NCBI RefSeq assembly: GCF_001194135.2
Contig: NC_068983.1
Location: forward strand, 149,743,869-149,784,143
DNA length: 40,275 bases
Direction: 5' to 3'
Origin: Octopus bimaculoides
Taxonomy: Eukaryota
Numbering within the stretch: the stretch's first letter is position 1; every line of letters begins with the position of its first letter. Below the pieces are notes generated by a model. That model worked only from the letters and a program-made list of their open reading frames with translations. It was not told the DNA's origin and searched no databases. Positions 20,779-33,760 of this stretch are shown here, one piece after another. Made by a program: the position numbers and the translations under genes.

Positions 20779-21469
20779 AGTAAAAATAAATACAAAAAAG
20801 GTGGGTTTTTTTGTATGATTGTGTATAGAGGAAATAGCCCTGAAGGGAAATAGCCCTGAAACTCGAGTCGCCTTTATATATATATATTTATATTTATATA
20901 TTTATATATTTGATCCTTTATATTGAACACTCAATATTTCATCTACATTCAATACTTTCTTTCATGGTGCCATCCATTTTTATTTTATTTTATTTTATAT
21001 TGTATATTGTATATCATATTATATATTGTATATTCCATATTCTATACCCCACATTAGTTCTGCAGGAATATAAATAAAACATAAAAAACAGACAGTGTTG
21101 GAACTCTTTTAAGCAAAATAATATATATATATATATATATATATACATTAAAGAATTCAGTGGTATCTAGATAAAAAGCTCCTTCTAATTTTCCAAAAGT
21201 TTCAATCTGAGAAATGGAAATTGTGTTGCATACATGCAATGTATACAGCTATGCGAAATTATTAGACTAAACGATAGGGAGAAACTAAGATAAGCATCAG
21301 TGACATGTGCTATATTAAGATTAACTAATATGTTATGTTGAACATTTCCTAGATTAATATAGTTTTCTTTAAAAAAAGCCATACCAGATTAAAGTAAACT
21401 ATACGGAAAACGGATGATCATGGTGAGTCGATCATCATTAGTTGTTCATTATTATTATTATCGTTTCTA

Positions 21470-21610
21470 ATTAGTTGAGGTCGACTTTGCCTTTTCTTCT
21501 TTCAGGGACGATGAGCAAAGTACCAGTTGAGCCCTGGGGTCGATGAATTCGACTACTTCCTCCCTCCCTGCAAAAAAAGTTTCAGGCCTTGCGCCTATAG
21601 CAGAAATGTT
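21470..21610 (+). mobile_element. 3' part of a second SINE-like family (gaggtcgactttgcc...gtaccagttgag...aggccttgcgcctatagcagaaa); related pieces at ~34300-34400 (+) and ~25610-26030 (-)
   Basis: Mutual similarity among the copies in this window; family resembles octopus repeats from memory. Confidence 0.6.
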
Positions 21611-22130
21611 TATTACTAACATTTCTGTTTCTACCCAACATTATTCAACCATAAAATGTCCACTTAAGTATTCGTTCAAATTACGTCTTGGTCTATTGAA
21701 GTTAGAAAAACCAAATTCTTTCTTTTTTCATCAATAGTTTCTTTTTTTTTTCATCACTTAAAAGTATATAGACGAAATATTTCTAAGCATACTATTTGAG
21801 TATGAAGTTTGTTTCCCAACTCCTTATATATCTTATATATTGAGAGTACTAAGGGCCATACAGAGAACTGTTTTCTTTTTCCTTCCTCGTCAAAGAGATT
21901 CAAGCGTCAAAAACGTTAAACTTTTCTTCCTCCTCAAATATCCCATAATTTAAACTATCTGTATTACCTTTTGTCAGCGTGGAACATTATTAGTTTCCGT
22001 TTTGCTGCTTTATTGGAAAATGATAATAATAATTAAACATATACACGAGAAACGAAATACAATAGAAAGACATTTACATAGGTTTTGATGGCGATAATAA
22101 AGAGTAGTGTCAAACATTCGGTTAGTAATC

Positions 22131-22228
<98 letters not shown>

Positions 22229-22491
22229 TCTTTTATTGGTTTTATGCATTAGACAGTGGTCATTCTATGGGACCACCTTCAATGCTTTAATCGATTATAT
22301 CGGTCCCAGTATCTATTTCTGGCTGGTACTTATTGCCTTCCAATTGTCGAACCGCTAAGTTACGAGACATAGAGAACCATGACATGAACAGGACTACATT
22401 CCTTAATCTATTAATCCATTTATTTAGATATTATATACATACATACATACATACATACATACATACATGTATATCTATATCCATCTATATA

Positions 22492-22677
22492 CAGTAATCC
22501 CTATCGACTATCGAGGGTGTTACGTTCCAAAACCCGTCGCGATAGGTGAAAATACGCGAAGTAGAAACAGTATTGTAATGTATATTTTTAAAAATTATTT
22601 TTATAATTTGTGTGTTCTTATTTTATTATAAATGCAAAACAACAGCGATAGGCGAACCGTGATATGGCGGGAGATTA

Positions 22678-22680
<3 letters not shown>
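22492..22680. mobile_element. Tigger/pogo-like MITE
   Basis: TA|cagtaatccc...atcg...cgcgataggtgaaaatacgcga ... gcgataggcgaaccgtgatatggcgggagattactg|TA; CAGT termini with TA duplication. Confidence 0.8.
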
Positions 22681-22728
<48 letters not shown>

Positions 22729-23817
22729 TATACATATATATATATATATATATACATACATACATGCGCGCGCGCATTTGTGTGTGTGACTTATCGTAAG
22801 ATGTTAGTACATGGGTAACGTTTTATATGTAACAAATGAATGACAGAAAGAAAATTCTGTATTAATATGGCCTTTATTTGTTCGTCACAATATAAGTTAC
22901 AACTTCATCGAGATTATTTGCAGAATATTTGGAGTTCCGTTATCCATTCTGTAGGTAGTTAAGTACATCTGTGAGTGACTGCTAGAAGAACGGATGATAG
23001 AAGGAGAGAGAAAGGGTAAAAAAGAATGTAGTCAAGTAAATAGGGTGAAAGTTGCGTAGTCGTGTGGAGACAAGTCATATGTGAAATGCTCTTTTGGGTC
23101 AGGGGCGAAACGAAAGTGAAAGAACCAATTTTGGGTTTCGTATTTATATTTTTTCTTACTAAATTAGGCCAGACTAAACAAAGGGTTTTCCGTCTCTTAT
23201 CTGTTTTGACCTAAGTTTGACTTGAAATGGCCAGTTAAAGAATAGAACTTATCTATATTTAACAGTTTCCTTCCATAAATTTCTTAGTCTAAACGCAGAG
23301 AACAATAAAAAGGACTTCGTAGTAAAATCTAAGATACGTTTCTAATCCTGGCTTAGAATCTAGGAAGCTATTCGCTAAACATGTAATAATATAACTTGAA
23401 ACATTATTACACAATAACGAACTCCTCTATTCTTCCTTTTCGTGTCCAACTTGGTTTGGTTATCAATTTCATTGGCTATGAGTTACAATGTTGTATGTAG
23501 TACGACTTACACTAAAGGAAGTAGCTCATAACGATTACTGCAACACATAGGACACTGTAATATTAAAGGAAATGTAATAAGATATAATTAGTGACATAGA
23601 CTTATTTATTTCAAATATTTACTTTCCCTGCCTATTCCTTCGCAACGGTTTCTCTTAAGCTCATGTCGAACGCCATTAAATTTTTTCAATAACAAATGCA
23701 GCCAGCCAACATCATCGGTCTTTACTCATTGTTGATTGTAGATAGGGTTCTGTGAGTCAAGTTTCAGAAAAACTCACCCCGCAGAAGAAGAATTCTTAGA
23801 GTAATTACACCATTACA

Positions 23818-23885
23818 TGATATCATCATCGTCGTCGTCGTCATCGTCGTTTAACGTCTGCTTTCCATGCTGACATGGGTTGGGC
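23818..23885 (-). mobile_element. 3' tip of a retroposon with (GAT)n tail; second copy at 32483-32587 (+)
   Basis: aacccatg.tagcatggaaagc.gacgttaaacgatgatgat present in both orientations at the two loci. Confidence 0.7.
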
Positions 23886-24399
23886 TGTCTTATAATTAAA
23901 AACAATGAATTCATTAACACCTTCAGAACTCATTGCAATATTTTAATTCCTGCTGGCTTTCAACTAATCTTTGAATACAAACATTAATGTCAGGATGCCT
24001 ATTTTATTCTGGAGCCGAAGCCAAATTTTGACAATGTTCCGCAGTCAATTTAACAATATCATACAATAAGACAAAGGCTTGACTTATTTCTTCCATTTAT
24101 TCACCCAAAATTATAAAATAAAGTTCAGTTTTGATTGTGGATCATCTAACGACTCATTGTTTTATTTATAATCGTTCATTTTTTAAAGCTTAAAATTCGT
24201 TTCTGAACGCCCTTATGCTTTCACTATGATTCAGCACTTCTTCAAGTCAATGTTCATTTAGTCTCAAGTCACATGACTTGTTCAAGTTAATACTTCCTTC
24301 TGTCAAAGCCTTGTATTACTCGATTTCCGTGGGGCCCAATACTATTACAGTGACATATATGCCAGTGTGACTCTGTTGCACCTCCATTCCTTCAAGAAT

Positions 24400-25300
24400 T
24401 CAGCTTCTATAGAAGTGGCTCAAGCGCCAGCATATACAGAAGGGATGAGAGACGACACCTTTGACAGACCGAGCGTATGATTTGAAACGGTTCCGATTTG
24501 CTGTTAATCTGACCGCTGAGTACATACTGCAGTGCATTAAAATGATTCAGTCACCGAAGACGAGGTCTAGGCTGATTGCAATGAAAACAATCTCCTAGTA
24601 ACGATGGCCAATCATATTGAAAGCTTTCAATTGTACCGAATTGATCAGAGCCTCACTGAGGCCAGATTTGTTACCCTCTCTCTACGATGTGTCGTTTGAG
24701 GTGGAGGTTGTTTGCGCTTTCTCGACCATACTTTAAACGATAAACTTATCATGTACACCTTGACCAACATCCTAAACTTTATATTTAGCAGTTATGGTTC
24801 GGAAGTTATCAACTATGTCACCCTTCTTAGGGTCTTTTGTCAGTAGCACCACCACTTCGTATCTTCCAGAACTAGGAATTCTCTCGTTCTGCTGCCAACT
24901 TCAGTAGAGGTCTACCAGGATATCTCCGAACAAGTCTGGCATATAAGCGTAAAGCTCGTAGGTTAGACCATCCAAACCAAGCGATTTGCGCCCCACACAA
25001 CCACTTACTACTACGTACATCTCAGGTGCTGTTATCGGCTTTACGTGTTACTCCGCGTCTTCGGTCGGGACCTAGGACACACCAAAGTAGGCATTGAGGT
25101 CCTCTACTTTTTCCGGTCCACCAGTCATCCTGAACAGTTGACTAAAATACTACTAGAAAGCAGCACACATCGTTTTGGTACGCCAAGGGACGAACTGTGG
25201 CTTTCTTGTCGCGCTACGCCCCTGAAGACCATCAAACAATTTTCGTTCCTTCGTGTTTTAGGTAGCGTGCCTTAACTGCTACGACGAAACCTTCGTAATT
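24400..25300 (-). mobile_element. Tx1/L1-like ORF2 relic (linker plus RT N-half)
   Basis: Minus-strand GRKSLGLDGLTYELY.YMPDLFGDIL...WQQNERIP...VVVLLTKDPKKGDIVDNFRTIT, homologous to 7700-7900; boundaries approximate. Confidence 0.8.
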
Positions 25301-26497
25301 TGCGTTGAAGAAACTGTCAAGAGCCATTTTTGCTGCTTGTATTTCAGTTGGAATACCTGTCCTAATTTCCCCTTCTTATTTATCACTAACTCTCCTTTTA
25401 ATCTAATTATTTTTATTGCCAGCATGTGATTAGTGCTGTATTTCATTGATCTTGGAAAGTTGAGTTGATCTCGGTTGGATTTCAGCTCAGAATCTAAAGA
25501 GCAGGAAGAATTGACATTGGGCATTTTGTTCGAAGCTTTAACGTTTCTACCAATCTATATTGCCTTTGGGCTTCCAATTTAGACATAAAACTGCAATTTT
25601 TTGATGGAGAGAAGGCGTTAATCAATTATATCGACTCCAATACACGACTGGTACTTTATTTTATCGATCTCCAGAAGAATGAAAACCAAAGTTAATCTCG
25701 GCGGAATTTGAACTCGGAACGTAAAGTGGTGAAAGAAATGCTGCAAAACATTTTTCTGATACTTAAAAAATTCTACCAACCTACACTCTTATAATTGTGG
25801 TTGCTTTTAATATAAGGCATACGGCAAGATTTTTGGTGAAGGTTGGGGCGATTTGGGGTAGTCAATTATATCGATCCTCTGTATTTGACTGCTTCTTAAT
25901 CTTTTCAACAACTGAAAGATGAAAGCTAAGTTAACTTTGGTAGGATTTATCTAAGAGCGTAAAGAACAGGAACAAATACCAAAAGGAATTTTATCTGACA
26001 TTCTGATATTTTTGCGCCAAGATGTCTTATATTGGATCTGACAAAAATATTCTTGAACATACAATAACGTAGCAAGACAGTCGTTATATGTCTAGTCGTC
26101 TAATTTCAGTTCAATAGGAAAAAACCTCTGTGGTACTCATATGAAGCTTTACGTGTTTTAGAAAGTGACAATACAAAAATGCTATGGGACTTTAGCCAAC
26201 AGACAGATCGCTAAACGTCATATAACAAACATATTTTGTTACAGTACCATCACGTCTGGTACATAATCGTATTGAAAAGGACACACACACACACACACAC
26301 ACACACACGGTAGTATCATGAGTTAAAATTATAAAAAAAACCTGAATATACAGTTATATATCTAAGNNNNNNNNNNGAAAGGCAGACAGGTACAGAAACT
26401 AAGAGAGAGAAAGCGAGAGAGATGAACTGACAGACAGACTGATGATGGAGATACTGAGAGATACAGCGAGCGAGACATACGGACAGATAGAGGTATT

Positions 26498-26529
<32 letters not shown>

Positions 26530-27237
26530 GGGGAGACCTATTAAAGGCTAAATTATAAAAATTTAAATTTTTGTGCAGAAATTGTTTTTGTATTTACAAC
26601 TCTTCATAACAAATCAAATAAAGAGATAAACAAAATTTCCTAAACGTTATTGAAGTTAGATTATGGAATTGACTCAGATTTCAGTATAAGCAGTGAACGA
26701 GAAGTCCTCTTTTATTTATGGTAGGTCACTTGACCTATAAATAAAACCAAATGTACTTCTAATCATATCTTATCAACCGTAAAAGTAAGCGTTACAACGG
26801 ATAGCCATACTGTTTCGTACTGTTTTGTATTTAGCAAAATAGTTTAGTTTACTCTTCGAAGTGTAACGTAGCGCTCAACAATGTCATCATCGACATCAAT
26901 TTATCAAAAGCATAATATTCGAACGATTTCATATTTGTTCCTAACTATTAAAATCTGTAGCTGGAGGTGTTCATAAACGAAGCGAAAAATTCAAAAAAGA
27001 AAATAAATCATAATGAGGTCACTCTTACGAAGCTCTCACACTCTAAAAAGAAAAAGAAAAAAACAAGAACGAAAAGATTAACAAAAGAACCCTCAGAAAC
27101 ATTAAATACAATTATAATATTACTTTTTATTCATACTCCATGTCAAGCAGCAAAAATACGTATTGAAATTCAGGTCAGCAGATATAATTGTATTTTTAGG
27201 AGCAGTGAAATACAACTCCTCCTCCTCCTCCTCCTCC

Positions 27238-27293
<56 letters not shown>

Positions 27294-27569
27294 TCTACCT
27301 CTCATTTTCTTGCTTTATTTTCTTCTCTCATAAATGGATTGTCTACTTGTTTCTTCTGGGGATTGGTCAAGTGATGTAGCCACCTTAAAGACACCCCAAT
27401 AAAGATCGAAAATCGACTCAGGCTGTTCGTCGTATCTCAACCTACGGAGAAATAGGAAGATGGTAAATTTGATCTGTTTGGAAATTTACACTCACACACA
27501 TGTTTGGAAAGCAAACAGGATAAATAGAACTTAATATATGAGTTACATGTATTAAACAAATTTTCAACG

Positions 27570-28100
27570 GCAGACATTACAGAGAGATTCAAGGACCAAT
27601 AGTTTCGAACGTGGTACTTATTAAACAGTTGAAACACTAGGCTCTTGAATCCATCACTTGTTTCTGCCCATTAGGCTCTTGAATCACTTTCTGATTTCTG
27701 CCGATTATTGATAGCAGGATATAAAGTGAAACACGAATGTGAAAATAAATTAGCTGTTGGCTGACTCTTGGAATGCCAGAGGACATCTGGAGTCAATGAG
27801 AGAATAAACAATTTTCTAGAAAAATAATGAGAGCGTGGAAAAAGTAGAAATGACATGTACAAATGGATCGCAGGGGCATTTTCCAAGGAGACTCGCTCTC
27901 TCTGCTACTCTTCATTATTGAATTAATCCCTTTGACAAGTATAGTAAGAAAATCCAGGCTTGTCTGTGAGTTTACTAAAACCAAGGCGAAAATAAATCGT
28001 CTGCTTCATATGGATGACCTTACACTATATGCAAAAAGTAAGAAAGAGTATTCAGTAAGGGTATTAGAATGCACTTTCGGACAAATAAATGTGCAGGACT
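27570..28100 (+). mobile_element. Dong/R4-type LINE RT fragment
   Basis: RRGIFQGDSLSLLLFIIELIPL...INRLLHMDDLTLYAK (ORF 27863-28102), with degraded upstream RT motifs. Confidence 0.8.
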
Positions 28101-28129
28101 AATTATGAAGAATTCGGAAGATACACTTT

Positions 28130-28395
28130 GATGGTATAAAATCACGACCTGCACAAATGATTTGTTTATAGTGATCAAATGTTCGTGCCGCACATTAGCT
28201 CACTCTCTCCATCAAATCGACGGTGTCGGAACAGATGCACGTTGTACCAAGCGCCAGGTATCGAACTGATCGCAGAGCAATGTGAGATGAAATATTTTGC
28301 TCAAGAATACAATGCACCACCCGATCTAGGAATTGAAATTACGATCACCAGATTGTGAGTGCAACACCCAAACTACTAAGCCATGCGCTCTCACT
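28130..28395 (-). mobile_element. tRNA-derived SINE (third family)
   Basis: Minus strand gcgcatggcttagtagtt (A-box-like)...gatcgtaatttcaattcct (degenerate B-box)...tgtattcttgagcaaaatattt central domain. Confidence 0.7.
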
Positions 28396-29611
28396 GTAAG
28401 CTGGGCCCAACAGCTTAAACTTACGATCACTAACAACATGATGTAGTAAAACCGAGCGAAACAGAATTTATTTAACTAGCTACCCCTTATAACACCACCT
28501 TTACAGGTTATGACCCCAGTAAGCTTCATGCTTTTCTTGGAAATGTAGTATATTTTTAGCTACAATAGCGACAACATGGATTTCTTCCATCTTGCTCTGT
28601 TAAAGTATTTCAGTAAAATTATATTAATTTGTCCGACTGATTAAAATTCTATTTATCTGTGCAGCTGATGATAACCGTGCATTTAAATTGATGCAATGAT
28701 TATATTGTTTAATTAGATGGTGCCGCTTGAAACAATCGTTCTACATCACTTCTTGATATCCTGTTGCTTATTTTGATTTTATTCACCTTACTTCGAGCTG
28801 TGCGGATAATACCGCGCTGACCTGGTGCTTCAACTTAAGTACCTAATTGAACTGAATCTCAATTATTTCTTTTATATANNNNNNNNNNNNNNNNNNNNNN
28901 NNNNNNNNNNNNNNNNNNNNNNNNNNNNNNNNNNNNNNNNNNNNNNNNNNNNNNNNNNNNNNNNNNNNNNNNNNNNNNNNNNNNNNNNNNNNNNNNNNNN
29001 NNNNNNNNNNNNNNNNNNNNNNNNNNNNNNNNNNNNNNNNNNNNNNNNNNNNNNNNNNNNNNNNNNNNNNNNNNNNNNNNNNNNNNNNNNNNNNNNNNNN
29101 NNNNNNNNNNNNNNNNNNNNNNNNNNNNNNNNNNNNNNNNNNNNNNNNNNNNNNNNNNNNNNNNNNNNNNNNNNNNNNNNNNNNNNNNNNNNNNNNNNNN
29201 NNNNNNNNNNNNNNNNNNNNNNNNNNNNNNNNNNNNNNNNNNNNNNNNNNNNNNNNNNNNNNNNNNNNNNNNNNNNNNNNNNNNNNNNNNNNNNNNNNNN
29301 NNNNNNNNNNNNNNNNNNNNNNNNNNNNNNNNNNNNNNNNNNNNNNNNNNNNNNNNNNNNNNNNNNNNNNNNNNNNNNNNNNNNNNNNNNNNNNNNNNNN
29401 NNNNNNNNNNNNNNNNNNNNNNNNNNNNNNNNNNNNNNNNNNNNNNNNNNNNNNNNNNNNNNNNNNNNNNNNNNNNNNNNNNNNNNNNNNNNNNNNNNNN
29501 NNNNNNNNNNNNNNNNNNNNNNNNNNNNNTGGGCCCAGCTTACAGTGAGAGCGCATGGCTTAGTAGTTTGGGTGTTGCACTCACAATCTGGTGATCGTAA
29601 TTTCAATTCCT

Positions 29612-30000
29612 TTTACTCTTTTACTCTTCTATTTGTTTCAGTCATTTGACTGCGGTCATGCTGGAGCACCCCTTCAGTCGAACAAATCGACCCTAAGATA
29701 TTCTTTGTAAGCCTAGTACTTATTCTATCGGTCTCATTTGCCGAACCGCTTAGTTACAGGGACGTAAACACAACATCAGCAATTGTCAAGCGATGATGGA
29801 GGGACAAACACACAAACACACACACATATATATATACGACGGGCTTCTTTCAGTTTCCGTCTACCAAATCTACTCACAAGGTTTTGGTCGCCCCGAGGCT
29901 ATAGTAGATGACACTTGCCCAAGGTGCCACGCGGTGGGACTGAAACCGGAACCATGTGGCTGGTAAGCAAGCTTTTTACCGCACAGCCACTCCTGCGCCT
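29612..30000 (-). mobile_element. Near full-length main tRNA-derived SINE
   Basis: Minus-strand head aggcgcaggagtggctgtgcgg (A box)...ggtttcagtccc (B box)...caccttgggcaagtgtc, internal (TG)n, and (aaaagagt)n tail. Confidence 0.9.
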
Positions 30001-30015
30001 ATATACATATATATA

Positions 30016-31496
30016 TCAGGTCATCCCATAAGTTCTGTCCAATTTTACTTTTTTTAAAATTGAATGAAATTTAAAAGTATTTTAGAATGTCTAATAGAAT
30101 TAAAAATTATTTTTATGCATTTGTGTACATTTAAACTAATTAAGTATTATTTTACCGAATAATAGAATTAAAATTTCTTTGATTAAAACCCTTTCTAACA
30201 TGGAAGTATCCAAAGAGCATTTATGGCAGATAATGCTTTATGAATACAAAAAAAGGAAACTCTGCAGCCGAAGGGACTCGAAACATACCCTCAGTTTATG
30301 GGAAAGAATGCTTGAATGAAAGAACTTGCAGAAGATGGTTTGCAAAATTCAGAAGTGGAGATTTCAGCCTTGAAGATGAAGATCGAACNNNNNNNNNNNN
30401 NNNNNNNNNNNNNNNNNNNNNNNNNNNNNNNNNNNNNNNNNNNNNNNNNNNNNNNNNNNNNNNNNNNNNNNNNNNNNNNNNNNNNNNNNNNNNNNNNNNN
30501 NNNNNNNNNNNNNNNNNNNNNNNNNNNNNNNNNNNNNNNNNNNNNNNNNNNNNNNNNNNNNNNNNNNNNNNNNNNNNNNNNNNNNNNNNNNNNNNNNNNN
30601 NNNNNNNNNNNNNNNNNNNNNNNNNNNNNNNNNNNNNNNNNNNNNNNNNNNNNNNNNNNNNNNNNNNNNNNNNNNNNNNNNNNNNNNNNNNNNNNNNNNN
30701 NNNNNNNNNNNNNNNNNNNNNNNNNNNNNNNNNNNNNNNNNNNNNNNNNNNNNNNNNNNNNNNNNNNNNNNNNNNNNNNNNNNNNNNNNNNNNNNNNNNN
30801 NNNNNNNNNNNNNNNNNNNNNNNNNNNNNNNNNNNNNNNNNNNNNNNNNNNNNNNNNNNNNNNNNNNNNNNNNNNNNNNNNNNNNNNNNNNNNNNNNNNN
30901 NNNNNNNNNNNNNNNNNNNNNNNNNNNNNNNNNNNNNNNNNNNNNNNNNNNNNNNNNNNNNNNNNNNNNNNNNNNNNNNNNNNNNNNNNNNNNNNNNNNN
31001 NNNNNNNNNNNNNNNNNNNNNNNNNNNNNNNNNNNNNNNNNNNNNNNNNNNNNNNNNNNNNNNNNNNNNNNNNNNNNNNNNNNNNNNNNNNNNNNNNNNN
31101 NNNNNNNNNNNNNNNNNNNNNNNCAGGACAATGCGTGACCCCACACTGCAAAGATCACATCACAGAAGATCAAAGAGCTTGGTTGAGAAAAAATTCCTCA
31201 TCCACCTTATTCTCCCGACCTTGCTCCTTCAGACTACCATTTGTTTCGTAGTTTACAGAATCATTTGGAGGACATAACTTTCGCAAGCCAGGAGGAGGTC
31301 GAAACTGACGTTTCAGAGTTTTTCGCTTTGAAATCAAGAGTTTTACATTGATGGGATTAAAAAGCATGTAAATAGATGGAAGGAAGTCATAGATAATCAG
31401 GGAAAGGGCATTGATGATTAAATTTCAATTAAATATAACATTTGATCACTTGTTTTCTTTATTCAAAATTCGGACAGAACTTATGGGATGATCTAA
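30016..31496 (+). mobile_element. Mariner element with both TIRs; transposase pseudogene (ATG 30200, stop 31419-31421); centre in gap
   Basis: TA|tcaggtcatcccataagttctgtcc ... ggacagaacttatgggatgatctaa|TA; MEVSKEHLWQIMLYEYKK(+1 frameshift)GNSAAE...CRRWFAKFRSGDFSLEDE; QDNA*PH, G*EKIPHPPYSPDLAPSDYHLF, RWKEVIDNQG. Confidence 0.95.
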
Positions 31497-31770
31497 TACT
31501 GTATTCAATCTAAACTCTCCGACGAACGGGAACGTGAAACTCTGAGTAGCAGTTTTTGGTGATATTTTGGTGATGTTTTTGCAGCTTTAACAATAATAAA
31601 GCATATTACTCTACCTTTGGTATTCGAGTACTACTTTTTCCCACTTTGTTTCACATTTTTGTGCTTACTTTGGTATATATATTAAGTAACGAGAAGATGG
31701 ATTTGGTATTAAACTTAATTCTGCACAACGTTCGTTTCGATCCGTCCTGCTATTGCTCTTCACGTTCAAC

Positions 31771-31810
31771 ATGTTGTGTTGCATCGACTTTGCAGTCTTG
31801 GTCTCATCAG
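31771..31810 (+). CDS. Candidate first coding exon (signal peptide start) of the mucin-like gene
   Basis: aacATG with in-frame upstream stop (31687-31689); MLCCIDFAVLVSS plus 1 nt; donor CAG|GTACAT; phase 1 matches the acceptor at 36541. Confidence 0.3.
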
Positions 31811-32117
31811 GTACATCGATACAGTTGTGTCTCACTAAAGATCTTGTGCGTCGGCTGCCATGTTGTTATATGCCCATCTGGTTAGGGAATGAATAAAATG
31901 CAAACAAGACTGCAGAAACACAAAAAAATTAAAATATGAACGTGGAAATCTTGCGTTCCTGTTTAGATAAAATGACCTAATCAGCTTTCGCTTTCATAAC
32001 TGCTTAGAGGAAAAAGAAAGTAAAAGAAAAGAAAGAAAAAAGAAAAATAGGAGAAACAGGAAAACGAATACTTAGCCAAACAATTTTGTGTACATGCATA
32101 TATACATGCATGCAGAC

Positions 32118-32195
<78 letters not shown>

Positions 32196-32424
32196 AATTA
32201 TATATATATATAGTAATAAGAAAATGGAGGGGAATGGGTGTTATTCATCAACATACAGACAGTGTATTGTGTCAATTTACCTGTTTATTTCTCAACTAAG
32301 AGGACAATAACAATATATTATCCCATTTTCAGTCACTAGATGTCCTTTTTTAATTACTGATATGACATAATATGTCGCATGTGTTTGTATATTGTTATTG
32401 TCCTCTTAGTTAACAAATAAATCC

Positions 32425-32482
32425 TACACACAGATATACACACAGATATACACACAGATATACACACAGATATACACACAGA
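32425..32482. repeat. 12-bp tandem repeat (tacacacagata) x ~5
   Basis: Direct reading. Confidence 0.9.
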
Positions 32483-32969
32483 CTGGAGCCTGGTGTTGCC
32501 ATCCGGTTTCACCAGTCCTCAGTCAAATCGTCCAACCCATGCTAGCATGGAAAGCGGACGTTAAACGATGATGATGATGATGATGATATACAAACTCACA
32601 CCTACATATACCTTCCTACACACACGAGTACACACACACGTACACATATACCTACACACAGGCACACTCATATATACATTTATCTATACACACAGACACA
32701 CACACGCACACACACACGCATGTACTTACACACATACACATATGCACAAGCCATCGTTTAGATTCATGCATCTGGACTTCCCCGTCCGTCCATCAAACCT
32801 GCTAGTATTTGTTGGTACATTTTACTAATACATAGCTGCATTGTAATGCTACATGTCTGAATACATGTAGCATTCGCAATGCGGTCCTTCCTTAGTTTGG
32901 GTTCCATGGTTGCAGTTCATGAGCTTTTAACTCAGGAGTCGGGGGGATTAATCCAAGTTGTTGGTGTTG

Positions 32970-33760
32970 TTTATATCATTTTGGTGTGGTTCACGATGTA
33001 GTATGTGAACGTGTGTTTAGTTGTATTCAGGCATCTGGGTAGTCGTTCCGTAAATCTATTTATAATCCGCTCCTTTCTTAATAATATTGACAGTGACTCC
33101 TCGGAACATAGCTGGTATTTCTGGGATAGTGTGCTATAGGGATCCACGTATCTAATTATTGACCAGGTCAGGTCAGGTCGTATTTTGCCTTCTCTTCCCT
33201 GAGTGCCAGACGAAATCAGCCAGTGATGTTGCGTGCCGTTTAAGGATTTTTCGAAAGCTACCAATTTTTGAAAATATCGGCCGGTGCACCGATATATACG
33301 TAGGGGTCTCTAGTGTTTACGGTGTACTTATACACTACATTTCTGATCATGCATTGGTTATCCAAGAGATATTTCGATCGGTACTTGCATGGGCATAATC
33401 GGTCAGCTTTTTTGTTTGTGTGTGCGCAGGCAGCACTAGACCAATTGATTCTATTTACATTCGTGGTCGTGTTTAGCTTATTATTATTTTTATTACTGGG
33501 TGTATTTGTGTTGTTGTGTGAGTTGTTGTGGCTGCCATATGTTGGTTGGTTAGTGTAGATATTGCGGTTGTTTTTTCTGGGTTGGTTGGTATTATTGTTC
33601 GAGTCTTTAGTGAGAAAAAGCTGCATGCACATCAGATTTACCCTCACGTTCTCATGCATTATGCCAATGATCAAGTTAACTGAGACTGTATGACATTGCA
33701 GGAGACTGCTAAAATGGCTTAAGAGATCTCGAGACCTCGCTGTACCATCTAAATTGGTGT
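32970..33760 (-). mobile_element. Penelope-like element fragment (GIY-YIG endonuclease with Cys motifs)
   Basis: CPCK...NQCMIRNVVYK.TV...YVYIG...FKN...WSII...PY...QLC.EE..SI...IN...RC..TKH, preceded by an Asn/Thr-rich linker (ORFs 33258-33674 and 32971-33264). Confidence 0.85.

Noticed and set aside
23107-23122. GAAACGAAAGTGAAAG, an IRF/ISRE-like motif
   Set aside because: About 19 kb downstream of the TLR in AT-rich repeat-laden DNA; a single short motif is expected by chance.
29930-30000. tRNA-like A/B boxes (also ~28330-28395 and ~35500-35568)
   Set aside because: SINE heads, not tRNA genes; no complete cloverleaf or acceptor stem.
31720-31812. Minus-strand CTGATGA...GAAAC hammerhead-like spacing
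   Set aside because: Stem II closes with only 2 bp over ~60 nt, and no valid stem III/stem I pairing was found.
32907-32937. Possible hammerhead relic at the 3' end of the Penelope fragment (ctgag-ttaaaag-ctca-tgaac-tgca), plus a 12-bp hairpin at 32845-32874
   Set aside because: Expected location for a pLTR ribozyme, but the core, cleavage triplet and stem I are all disrupted; too degenerate to claim.
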